Source of the DNA: the human T2T-CHM13v2.0 reference genome, Homo sapiens
NCBI RefSeq assembly: GCF_009914755.1
Contig: NC_060926.1
DNA: 64,000 bases
Reading direction: 5' to 3' (one strand)
The translations under genes were made by a program, and so were the position numbers. Below, one piece after another: positions 52,417-64,000 of the stretch; the first letter of the stretch is position 1, and each line of letters opens with the position of its first letter. A model generated the notes under the pieces. That model made no database searches, had not been told where the DNA came from, and saw nothing but the letters and a program-made list of their open reading frames with translations.

Positions 52417-52764
52417 CCCAAAGAGATTTTAATGAAATTATCCTACAGTAGAAAGAACAATCATCCCTACCCCAGAATTATCATTAGTCAATCAAATAAT
52501 CAACAAATGTGACAGTTCTTGCAAATTTTAATTTGAAAAAAAGGAGAGATCACTAAATTGACAAGCTAAAGTCCATCAGTTTTGAATTTATGCATATGTA
52601 TATATGAGTAGATAAACATATATTCAGATATATATATATATTTCTGTACTGCAGTGAAATGTTCTAAATGTCTATGAAATTTTAAAAAGTTATTCATTTG
52701 CAAATCTTTGTTGAGTATTTATAGGCCTAGATTTAACTGAGCAAGGAGGGGACTGGGTGAAAAA

Positions 52765-53629
52765 GCAAAGGACATGAACAGACACTTCTCTAAAGAAGAC
52801 ATACCATGTGGCCAACAAACAGATGAAAAAAAGCTCAACATCACTGATCTTTAGAGAAATGCAAACAAAACCACAGTGAGATACCACCTCACACCAGTCA
52901 GAATGACTATTATTAAAAAGTCAAAAAACAACAGATGCCGGTGAGGTTATATAATGGGGAAAAAATGAACGCTTTTACACTGTTGGTGGGAGAGTAAATT
53001 AGTTCAACCATCGTGGAAGACAGTGTGGTGATTCCTCAAGGAATCAGAAATATAATTTGACCCAGCAATCCCATTACTGGGTATATACTCAAAGGAATAT
53101 AAATCATTCTATTATAAAGATATATGCACACATATATTCGTTGCAGCACTATTCACAATAGCAAAGACATGGAATCAACCTAAATGCCCATCAGTGATAG
53201 ACTGGATAAAGAAAATGTGGTACATATACACCATGGAATACTATGCAGCCATAAAAAAGAACGAGATCATGTCCTTTGCAGGAACATGAATGGAGCTAGA
53301 AGCTGTTATCCTCAGCAAACTAACACAGGGACAGAAAACCAAACACCACATGTTCTTACTTATAAGTGGGTGCTGAACGACCAGAACACGGACACATGTG
53401 GGGAACAACACACTCTGGGGCCTGTCAGAGGTGGAGCAGTTTCAGGGAAGAGAGAGCATCAGGAAGAACAGCCAATGGATGCTGGCTTAATACCTGGGTG
53501 TTGGGTTGACCTGTGCAGCAAACCGCCATGGCACACATTTTCCTATGTAAGAAACATTCACATCCTGTACATGTACCCTGAACTTAAAATAAAAATTGAA
53601 GAAAAAAATAAATAAATAATATCCTTTAA
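52765..53629 (+). mobile_element. 5'-truncated L1 (L1PA13-16-type 3' end)
   Basis: gcaaaggacatgaacagacacttctc...gagagcatcaggaagaacagccaatggatgctgg...catgtaccctgaacttaaaataaaa. Confidence 0.9.
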
Positions 53630-55015
53630 AAAAAGTTATTCATGTGCAAATCTTTATTGAGTATTTATAGGCCTAGATTTAACTGGGCAAGGAGGAGAGT
53701 GGGTGAAAGAGCCATCATCGCGGCCCACAGCTTCAGAACAAGTTGACTGCTGTCTCTCAGACAGGTTTAGAGAGACTTAAAGAAGTATCTGCAAGTCCAA
53801 CCGCCCTCCCCGAGAGTGGAATGGAGAAGAACGGATGTTCCAGCTTCCCTCCTCTGTTGGTCAAAGCTCACTCACCAGAGCCTTGATGCCCCAGAATTTT
53901 GGGACTGGGGATGCACGGCACTGGTGGGGTGTCACCACTAGGTGACAACAGGGAGGCCCAGAGGCAAGAGACAAGAAATATGAGGCATGAGTGTGAGATG
54001 GGGAGGGCATGTGAGGCAGGGCACTGCCAGGTCCTGTCCTGGAGCCACACGAAGGACTAAACAGTCACCACAGTGGGTCCCTGATAGCAAGGGGCACAGC
54101 AGCCACCTGGTCCCCTCATTGCCAGGGCCACAGTGCTCAGAAAGCCAGGCAAGCGCTCAGCTGTGGGAGGTGCATAAACCAGTCCCAAACACACAGTAAA
54201 GTGCCTGTGACCTTTACATATAATTCTATCTTGGCGTCATCATTTGCTATCTTCCTTTTTTCTCCAAGAGAAAAATGTCCAATCATTTGCATATTTATGG
54301 TTCAAATAAGATGATTAGATTTTTTTATTCCTCTCACTTTGCTTCATGAATCAACATGAAATACATTTTGAAACAGCTCTTTAAGGAAAGTCACACTTGC
54401 AGGAGATTAACTAAGTTAGGAAAAATCACTTTATCTTGGAAAGTTCACTGTCATAAGTTTCAATTGCCCCTAAGGCCATTAAAATCCTGGTCCTAGAACC
54501 TGTGTATTTTATGGCCTGCTTCCTGTTAATGGGTGCTAAGGCTTCCATAAAGAAGAAGTCTCTAACTAAAGGAATGCTAACCAGCAGATAAGGCTCATTT
54601 TAGTGTCTGGGGGAGCGCATATTTCCATTTCAATGGCTGTAAGATCCGGAGTTCTCTTTCCAAGTTATTTTTGACATGAATCTACAGCTGTAGCCAGGGG
54701 AAGTCTGGCCTTGACTTTGAAGACAGTCCCCTTTAGCAACATTTTCCCACTTCTTTTGATGCTGTTTTGGTCCTTTATTGCAGGTGTCATACTTAAAATT
54801 CTCTTCGTTGACTCCAAAATATGTTGAAGGGCAAACGTTAGGTTTCTGGCACATGTTCATTATTATTCCCATGACAAACAAAAAGTGCTTTGTACCCAGC
54901 AGTGCTCTGTTTGATAATTACCCAAAGGAAATGAAATCAGTATGTGTAAAGATGTCTGCACCCCCATGTGCATTGCAGCATTATTCACAATAGCCAAGAC
55001 GTGGAAACCACGTAA

Positions 55016-55357
<342 letters not shown>

Positions 55358-55371
55358 ATGAAATTGTTATT

Positions 55372-55676
55372 CAGTGTTGCACTGCATAACGGTGTTTGGG
55401 TCAACAACAAACTACATATCCAACGGAGGTCCCTTAAGATTATAATACGGTATTTTTATTGTACCTTTTCTATGTTTAGTTGCATAAATACATAGGATTG
55501 TGTCACAATTGCCTACAGTATTGAGACAGTCACACACTGCACAGGTGTCTACCAGGTGTACACCAGTGTATACCATCTAGGTTTGCGTAAGGGCACCCTA
55601 TGATGCTCCCACGACAAAATTTCCTAAGGATGCATTTCTCAGAACATATCCCATTTGTTAAGTGATGGATGAGTGT
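55372..55676 (+). mobile_element. Tigger3a (MER7A) DNA transposon
   Basis: ggtcccttaagattataatac...caattgcctacagtatt...gatgcatttctcagaacatatccc. Confidence 0.8.
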
Positions 55677-56187
55677 GCAATAGAATATTACTCAGCCCTT
55701 AAAAAGAAGATCCTTCTATTTTTGGCAATATGGATGAACCTGAAAGACATTATGCTAAGTGAAATAAATCAGAGAAAGAAAAATACTACATGATCTCACT
55801 TACATGTAAACTTTTTAAAAGTAGAATACATAGAGAATAAATCAGGTAGGAGGAAGAGAAAAGGAAATGAGGAGATGCAGGTCAAAGATTTTGAAGGTAC
55901 AGATAGGTAGAATCAATTAGTCGAGAAAGCTAAGGTATAACATAAACACTATAGTTACGGTATTGTATTGTATACTGATGTTTACTTGAGGTGCTCTTAT
56001 CACCCACACACACAAAAAAATGGGTAACTAGGAGGGATGATAGATACGTTAATTTGCTTGACTACAGTAATTATTTCACTATGTATATCAAAAATCTTGT
56101 TGTACACTCTCCCCTCCAATGCACACACACATATATATATATACACACACACACAACAAAAATGAAAATTTTAAAAGTACTTTGTTC

Positions 56188-56397
56188 ATTTTTTTTTCAG
56201 ACAGCTTCTCTCTGTCACCCAGGCTGGAGTGCAGTGGCACCATCATAGCTCACTGCAGCCTCAAACTCCTAAGCTCACGTGATCCTCCCACCTCAGCCTC
56301 CTGAGTAGTTAGGACTACCGGCACATGCCACAATGCCCGACTAGTGTTTTTTTTTGCAGAGATGTGGTCTTGCTATGTTGCCCAGGTTGATCTTGAA
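56188..56397 (-). mobile_element. AluJ, partial
   Basis: catagctcactgcagcctcaaactcc...gatcctcccacctcagc. Confidence 0.88.
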
Positions 56398-57112
56398 TTA
56401 TTAAAGAGCTATACAAGGTAAATGGTCTAAGGTAACACCACCCTGGAAGCAAAATTATGAGCACAGTAATGATCTTTTACAGAATTTTTCATTTTGTTTT
56501 GACCACCATTCGCTACATCAGCTGCCAAGGCTTCCTCCCACACACTTCATTCCCAGTCATTGCTGGGGTTCCCCAGGGAAGCCTCCTGGAGACCATGCTC
56601 AGATTCTAGTTTCCCATGGTGATTTGCAACTAAGTGTGCAGTGGGCAAATGATGCCTAGATTCAAGCTGAAGCTCCATGTTTCCATCCCCAAGTAAAACT
56701 ACAGTCTTTGCACATTTTTCTTTCCTTGCCCTAAGATCCTTTTTTGCATGAAGGGGTGGGAAATGGACATCTTTACAATGGATTCTCAGCGGCTCTCCCG
56801 GCATTGGCTGCCAGGCTTGCTGACTCTTGACCAAGGTCTGGGTGGGTTGTGATTCCTTTGAGACATCCCAGCAGCTGGGGAGTCCCCTTGCATAGGCCAC
56901 AGTCCAAACAGAAGGTAGGCTCCTTGTCACAGAGCTCAGCTCCACCCTATTGGAAAGGGACTCATGCTTGGAGTGGCCTGAGTCACACTGTTGTGGTCAA
57001 CAGATCTGAGGCTCCCTGGGAGAGGACTGAGTCTCAGGAGAACAAGTAGGTTCAGCCCCCAGCCTTTGTCTGCACCTGGAGTGACCAACTCAGATATAGA
57101 TGGCTTCATTGG

Positions 57113-57474
57113 AGTATTAGTTCATTTTCATGCTGTTGATAAAGACATACCCGTGACTGGGTGATTTATACATTAAAAGAGGTTTAATGAACTCACAGTT
57201 CCACGTGGCTGGGAAGGCCTCACAATTATGGTGGAAGGCAAAAGACACGTCTTACATGGCAGCAGACAAGAAAGAATGAGAATCAAGTGAAAGGGGTTTC
57301 CCCTCATAAAACCATCAGATCTCATGAGACTTATTCAGTACCTCAAGAACAGTATGGAGGAAACTGACCCCGTGATTCCGTTATCTCCCACTGAGTCCCT
57401 CCCACAACATGTGGGAATTATAAGAGCTACAATTCAGGATGAGATTTGGGTGGGGACACAGACAAATCATATTA
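57113..57474 (-). mobile_element. THE1 solo LTR
   Basis: gataaagacatacccgtgactggg...gagatttgggtggggacaca; TSD attgg on both sides. Confidence 0.9.
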
Positions 57475-58267
57475 ATTGGTGACTGCTAGCGCAGCTTTAA
57501 GAAATAATATCAATTCTACACACTCTTTTGGAAAATAGAAAAAAAGGAAACATTCTCCAACTCATTTTATGAGGCCTGTATTACCAAAACCAGACAAATA
57601 TATTATGAGAAATGGAAACTATAGACATATATCCTACATGAACATAGGCATAATTTTTTTAAGCAAATCATATCAAGGGATAAATAACCAGAAAACTACA
57701 TAAGAAAACCCAATGATTGGGCTTATCCCAAAAATGCAAGGTTGGGTTAACATTTTAAAATCAATCAATATAACGTACCATTAACAGAATAAAGGAGCAC
57801 AACCATATGACAATTTGAATAGATGCAAAAAGCACTTAATAAAATTCATAATTTTTTAAAAACCCTCTTTACAAATTAGGAATGGAAGAGTCCCTCTCCA
57901 AGCTGAAAAAAGGGCATCTATGAAAAAAATACAGCTAGTGTTATAATTCCTGCGAAAGACTGGATCTTTTCCCCTTACACAGTGGGATTGAGGCAAGAAC
58001 TTTCCCTTCTGTCACTTCTGTTGAACATGGTACTAGAATTTCTAACCAATGCAATAATTTAAAAAAGGAAATAAAAGTATATGGCTTGGAAAGGAAGAAG
58101 TTAAACTTCTGTTTGCAGATCATGCATGGAGAAATTCCAAAGAATCAAATAACAAAGGTACTAGAATGACTAAGTGAATTTAGCAAGATCATTGGATAAA
58201 AGACCGCTATATGAAAATAAATTATATTTCTATATGCTAGTAAATAACTGGAAAATACATTTAAAAC

Positions 58268-58436
58268 ATTTTTTTTTCTCTTTTTTTAAAGACAGGTTCT
58301 CACTGTGTCACCCAGCCTAGAGCGCAGTGGCTTGATCTTGGCTCACTGCAACCTCCACCTTCCAGGCTCAAGCTATTCTCCTACCTCAGCCTTCTGAGTA
58401 GCTGGGACTACAGGCACGCATCACCATGCCTAGCTA
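58268..58436 (-). mobile_element. Alu monomer fragment (J/FRAM-like)
   Basis: Poly-T followed by a single antisense arm. Confidence 0.85.
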
Positions 58437-59640
58437 TGAAAAATAAAGTTTTAAACAAAAACAACACCATTACAGCACCAAAAAAAAAAAAACACGAAAT
58501 ATGTGGGATAAATTTAACAAACTGTAAGATTTTTCTAATGTTCTTTGTTGAAAATTACAAAATTTAAAATTTATAAAATGACAAAATGGGAGTAATTAAA
58601 AAAGACTTAAATAAATAGATATGTAAAGTTAATGGATTAGGTAATTTGATATGGGTAAAATGTCAATTTTTCCCAAATTAATCTATAGACTCAGTGCAAT
58701 CCCAGTCAAAATTCTAACCGGCATTTTTATAGAAATGTACAAGCTGATTCTACAAAGTATTTGAAACTGCAAAGGGCGTAGAATGATACTGAAAAAGAGG
58801 AACACGGTGCAGGAAAACACTGACTGATTTCAACAGCTGTACTCATCAACGGTGTGGCATTGGCATAAGGTTAGACATATGGATAAACGGAATGGAATAG
58901 AGCTCCCAGATATAGACCAATACATATGTGGTGAATTGGTTTTCAACAAAGGTGCTGGGATAACCCAATGGGGGAAAGATAGTCTTTTCAACATATGGTA
59001 CTTGAACAACTGTGTATTGATTTGGGGGGAGGAAAGTGGACCTCAACTCAGGCCACACGAACACTGGACCACAAAACATACAAACCATAAAAGAAAATGT
59101 TAATAAACTAGCCTCCATCAACATTAAAATTTTCTGCTCTGAGAAAAAGATACTTTTAAGAAAATTAAAAGGGAAACTGCAGAGTAAAAGAAAATAATTA
59201 CTAAACATTTCTGACTAGAGATTTGTATTGAAAGATAAAGTCTTACAAATCAGTGATAAAATAAGACACCTATTTTTAATGGGAAAAATATCTGAATAGA
59301 CTGGGACCTCAGAAAGAAAATATATGAATGGATTCAAAATTTATGAAGTTGCTTATTATCATTATTCACCAGGAAAATGTGAATTAAAACCACCATAAAA
59401 TACCACTCCACATCCGCTGAAATACCTAAAAATTCAAAAGACTGGTAATACCAAATCTCGGAGAGGAAGTAGAGCACGGGTAGGGTTGTAAAATGACTAA
59501 TCTCTTTGGAAAACTGTTCAGCAATTTCTTACGAAGTCAAACATATACCTACCTTATGCCCCCACAATTATACTCCTAGATATTTAACCAAGATAAATGA
59601 AAGCATATATTCCCAAAAAGACATATACAAGACTGTTTAG

Positions 59641-59951
<311 letters not shown>

Positions 59952-60777
59952 TGTTTATAGTACTTTTATTCATAATAGCCAAAACGGAAAAACAGAAAAC
60001 AATCCAAATATCCATTACCAAGAGAACTGGGGGAAAAAAGGAGCTGTAATGCATTCATATGATGAACGCTACATAGCAATAAAGAAAGACAAACTGCCGA
60101 TTCATGCAACAACATGGATAAATCTGAGAAACGTGTAGAACCCAGACACAAAAGGTACATATGGTATGATTCATTTACATGCAGTTGGAGAACTGACATC
60201 GCATCCAGTTACAGAAATCGGAGCCATAGTGACCTCAAACTGGTGGAGGATTGACCAGGAGGGAACAGGAGGAGACCTTCTGGGGTGACTAAAATATTTT
60301 ACATCTTGATTTGGGTATTGGTTTTACATTTGTCCAAACTCATCAAACTGAACACATAGGATCTGAGCATTACGATACATGTAAATTTTTCCAGAAGATA
60401 CTAAGCTATATTTTGGAGGATGCAAAAGTCAAAATGAGGAAAAGAATTCATCACAAAATGAGGGCAGTGGGTGTGCTGGAAAGGTGGTTGGAGCTGTGAC
60501 CCAGAAAGGACACAGCTGGAGTCCCAGACCATTCTCATTCTCAATCTTGGACAGGATTGTTGGTTTCATAGTTATTAGTTAAAACATGTACTCATGCTTT
60601 ATGCTGTTTTCTGTATGTGTGTTATATTTCATAATTTTAAAATAATTTTAAAAATATAACAGCAAGATTCTGGTTCTTAGAAGATTTCTTTCTATCCCGA
60701 CAACTCAGACTGTAGCTAGATTGCTCTACATCCTTCATCTTTCCTTATTCCTTTCATCCATTCTCCTATACATTTCC

Positions 60778-62666
60778 TTTTTTTTATTTTTAACTTTTAC
60801 TTTAGGTTCAGGTGTACACGTGAAGGTTTGTTACATAGGCAAATAAATGTCACTGGGGTTTTTTGTACAGATTGTTTCATCACCCAGGTATTAACTCCAA
60901 TACCCAATAGTTACCTTTTTTGCTCCTCACCCTCCTCCCACCCTCCACCCTCAAGTAGACATTGGTGTCTGTTGTTCCCTTCTTTGTGTTCATTAGTTTT
61001 CATCATTTAGTTCCCACTTATAAGTGAGAACATGCAGTATTTGGTTTTCTGTTCCTGCGTTAGTTTGCTAAAGATAATGGCCTCCAAGCTCCATCCATGT
61101 TCCCACAAAAAGCATAATCTCATTCTTTTTTTATGGTTGCATAGTATTCCATGGTGTATATGTACTACATTTTCTTTATCCAATCTGTCATTGATGCGCA
61201 TTTAGGTTGATTCTATGTCTTTGCTATTGTGAATACTGCTGCAACGAACATTCGTGTGCATGTGTCGTAATGGCAGAATGTTTATATTCCTCTGGGTATA
61301 TACCCAGTAATGAGACCACTGGGTCGAATAGTAGTTTTAGCTCTTTGAGGAATCATCATACTGCTTTCCACAATGGTTGAATTAATTTACACTCCCACCA
61401 ACAGTGTATAAGTGTTTCCTTTTCTCTGCAACCTCACCAACACCTGGTATTTGACTTTTTAGTACTAGCCATTCTGACTGGTGTGAGATGATATCTCATT
61501 GTGGTTTTGATTTGCATTTCTCCAAAGATCAGTGCTATTGAGCTTTTTTTCATATGCTTGTTGGCCGCATGTATGCCTTCTTAGGAAAAGTGTTTGTTCA
61601 TGTCCTTTGCCCACTTTTTAATGGGGTTGCTTGTTTTTCTCTTGTAAATTTAAGTTCCTTTATAGATGCTGGATATTAGACCTTTGTGTCAGATGCAGTT
61701 TGCAAATATTTTCTCCTGTTATGTAGATTGTCTGTTTACTCTATTGATGGTGTCTTTTGCTGTCTAGAAGCTCTGAATTAGATCCTATTTGTCAGTTTTT
61801 GCATTTGTCGTGATTGCTTTTGGTGTCTTCGTCATGGGATCTTTGCCCATTTCTATGTCTAGGATGGTATTGCCTAGGTTGTCTTCCAGGGTTTTTATAG
61901 TTTTAGGTTTTACATTTAAGTCTTTAATCTATCTCGAGTTAATTGTTGTATATAATGTAAGACAAAGGTCCAGCTTCAATCTTCTGCATATTGCTAGCCG
62001 GTTATCCCAGCACTATTTAGTGAATAGGGAGTCTTTCCCCTTTGCTTGTTTTTGTCAGCTTTGCCAAAGATCAGATGGTCGTAGGTGTGCAGCCTTATTT
62101 CTGGGCTCTCTATTCTGCTCCATTGGTCTATGTGTTTGTTTTTGTACCAATACCATGCTGCTTTGGTTACTGTAGCCTTGTAGTATACTTTGAAGTCAGG
62201 TAATGTGATGCTTCTAGCTTTGTTCTTTCTCCTTAGGATTGCCTTGGCTATTCAGGCTCTTTATTTTGGTTCCATATGAGTTTTAAAATAGTTTTTTCTA
62301 GTTCTGTGAAGAATGTTAGTTTGATAGGAATAGCATTGAATCTGTAAATTGTTTGGGGCAATATGGCCATTTTAATGATATTGATTCTTTCTATCCATGA
62401 GCATGGGATGCTTTTCCATTTGTGTCTTCTCTGATTTCTTTGAGCAGTGTTTTGTAATTTTCATTGTAGAGATCCTTCTCCTCCCTGGTTAACTGTATTC
62501 CTAGGTATTTTCTTCTTTATGTGGCAATTGTGAATGGGACTGCCTTCCTGATTTGGGTCTCAGCTTGGCTGTTGTCAATGTATAGAAATGCTAGTGACTT
62601 TTGTACATTGATTTGTATCCTGAAACTGTGCTGAAGTTGTTTAACAGCTGAAGGAGCTTTTGGGCC
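60778..62666 (-). mobile_element. 5'-truncated L1PA15/16-type LINE-1
   Basis: Poly-T, ttaggttcaggtgtacacgtgaaggtttgttacatagg, then antisense ORF2 3' sequence to ...gaaggagcttttggg. Confidence 0.88.
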
Positions 62667-62734
62667 CATCCTGTAGATTTCTTTACAATATGGCGGGTTA
62701 GCTCTTTTTGTATCTTACTATCCAACACCCTTAA

Positions 62735-63087
<353 letters not shown>

Positions 63088-63186
63088 ACAGTATTTTCTT
63101 AAACAAAGACAGATCCCTTCCTAAGAATAATTTTGGTACTAGTCATAAGCTAATAAAATTTACACCTCCTTATATACACAGAGGAC

Positions 63187-63236
<50 letters not shown>

Positions 63237-63254
63237 TAGATAGATAGATGATAG
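63187..63254. repeat. Compound (GATA)/(GACA) tetranucleotide STR
   Basis: (GATA)3(GACA)9(GATA)3 read directly. Confidence 0.95.
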
Positions 63255-64000
63255 AGAGATACATTCCTTAAGCACATTGCATGTTCAGGATTTCAAAATA
63301 ATAGGATCCTAATCATTTTACTTTCTGTGAGCCAGAAGCTTCCAGTTTCTGTGGGGATGTACAACCTTCAGCCATACCTGACTTGTTCTGAGATCCCTTA
63401 TAACTGGACTATGACATTTGATTTCAAATCCCCCATACACAGCCAAGCGAATAGCCCATCATTTTGACAATGCATTTTCTGAGGAAACTCAAAGGGCTAT
63501 GCATTTGGATTGCATATCAAACACATTCAAGGGATGTTAAATATTTAGAAAATGGGAGTGCAACTTAGCCTGCTTCAGAGCTCACTCAGGGTGGGTGCCG
63601 GCATCAGCAGCATTCATCTGAGTCCATTTAGAGGGCAGATGCCTGGAAATCCCAGAAGGACCCAGGTTTAAAACTCGCTTCTGAACATAATCCCACATCA
63701 TAAAGCCTGTTACTGAAACAGCGAGACTCCAATATACTTAGTTTTATATTTAGCCTGTTTTAGGAAGCAAAGTATGAGGAATCATGAGCACCGGGTCTAC
63801 TGAGGTGCCTTCCATTTCTGTAGAAAATGTGTTCATCTGTATGACTTTGTCACTGGGGGATTAAAACAAAGATAAGAGAAAGCACACAGCTCAGGTCTGA
63901 GGCACCTGCAGTAGGCATCTGCAAGGCCTCCCAAGGCTGTGCTGGACCTGCTGAGGAATGTGCGCAGGAGCTCCATGCCCGATTTCAGGAGTCATTCTGG

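Overview
This is primate, almost certainly human, non-coding genomic DNA (intergenic or deep intronic). I found no host protein-coding exon, RNA gene or CRISPR array that the sequence supports. The window is a layered repeat landscape: one full-length but ORF1/ORF2-inactivated L1PA2-type LINE-1 (25480-31536) with an intact ORF0, several truncated or older L1s, about 30 Alus, seven THE1/MST solo LTRs, MLT1, MER4A, MER21 and other LTRs, DNA transposon relics (MER82, MER94, Tigger2b, Tigger3a, MER45-like), MIR/L2 fragments and microsatellites. Repeat names come from recalled consensus sequences, not from a search. I did not find a new multi-gene system. The most interesting signals are local copy events that the repeat annotation does not explain: a ~207-bp inverted copy of nearby DNA pasted into a MER4A LTR, an 83-bp duplication flanking a truncated L1, a ~200-bp direct copy of an LTR end plus its flank, a 50-bp x3 tandem repeat, an unexplained ~300-bp insert in MER82, and an Alu with six AluYb8 diagnostic bases but no Yb8 7-bp insertion.
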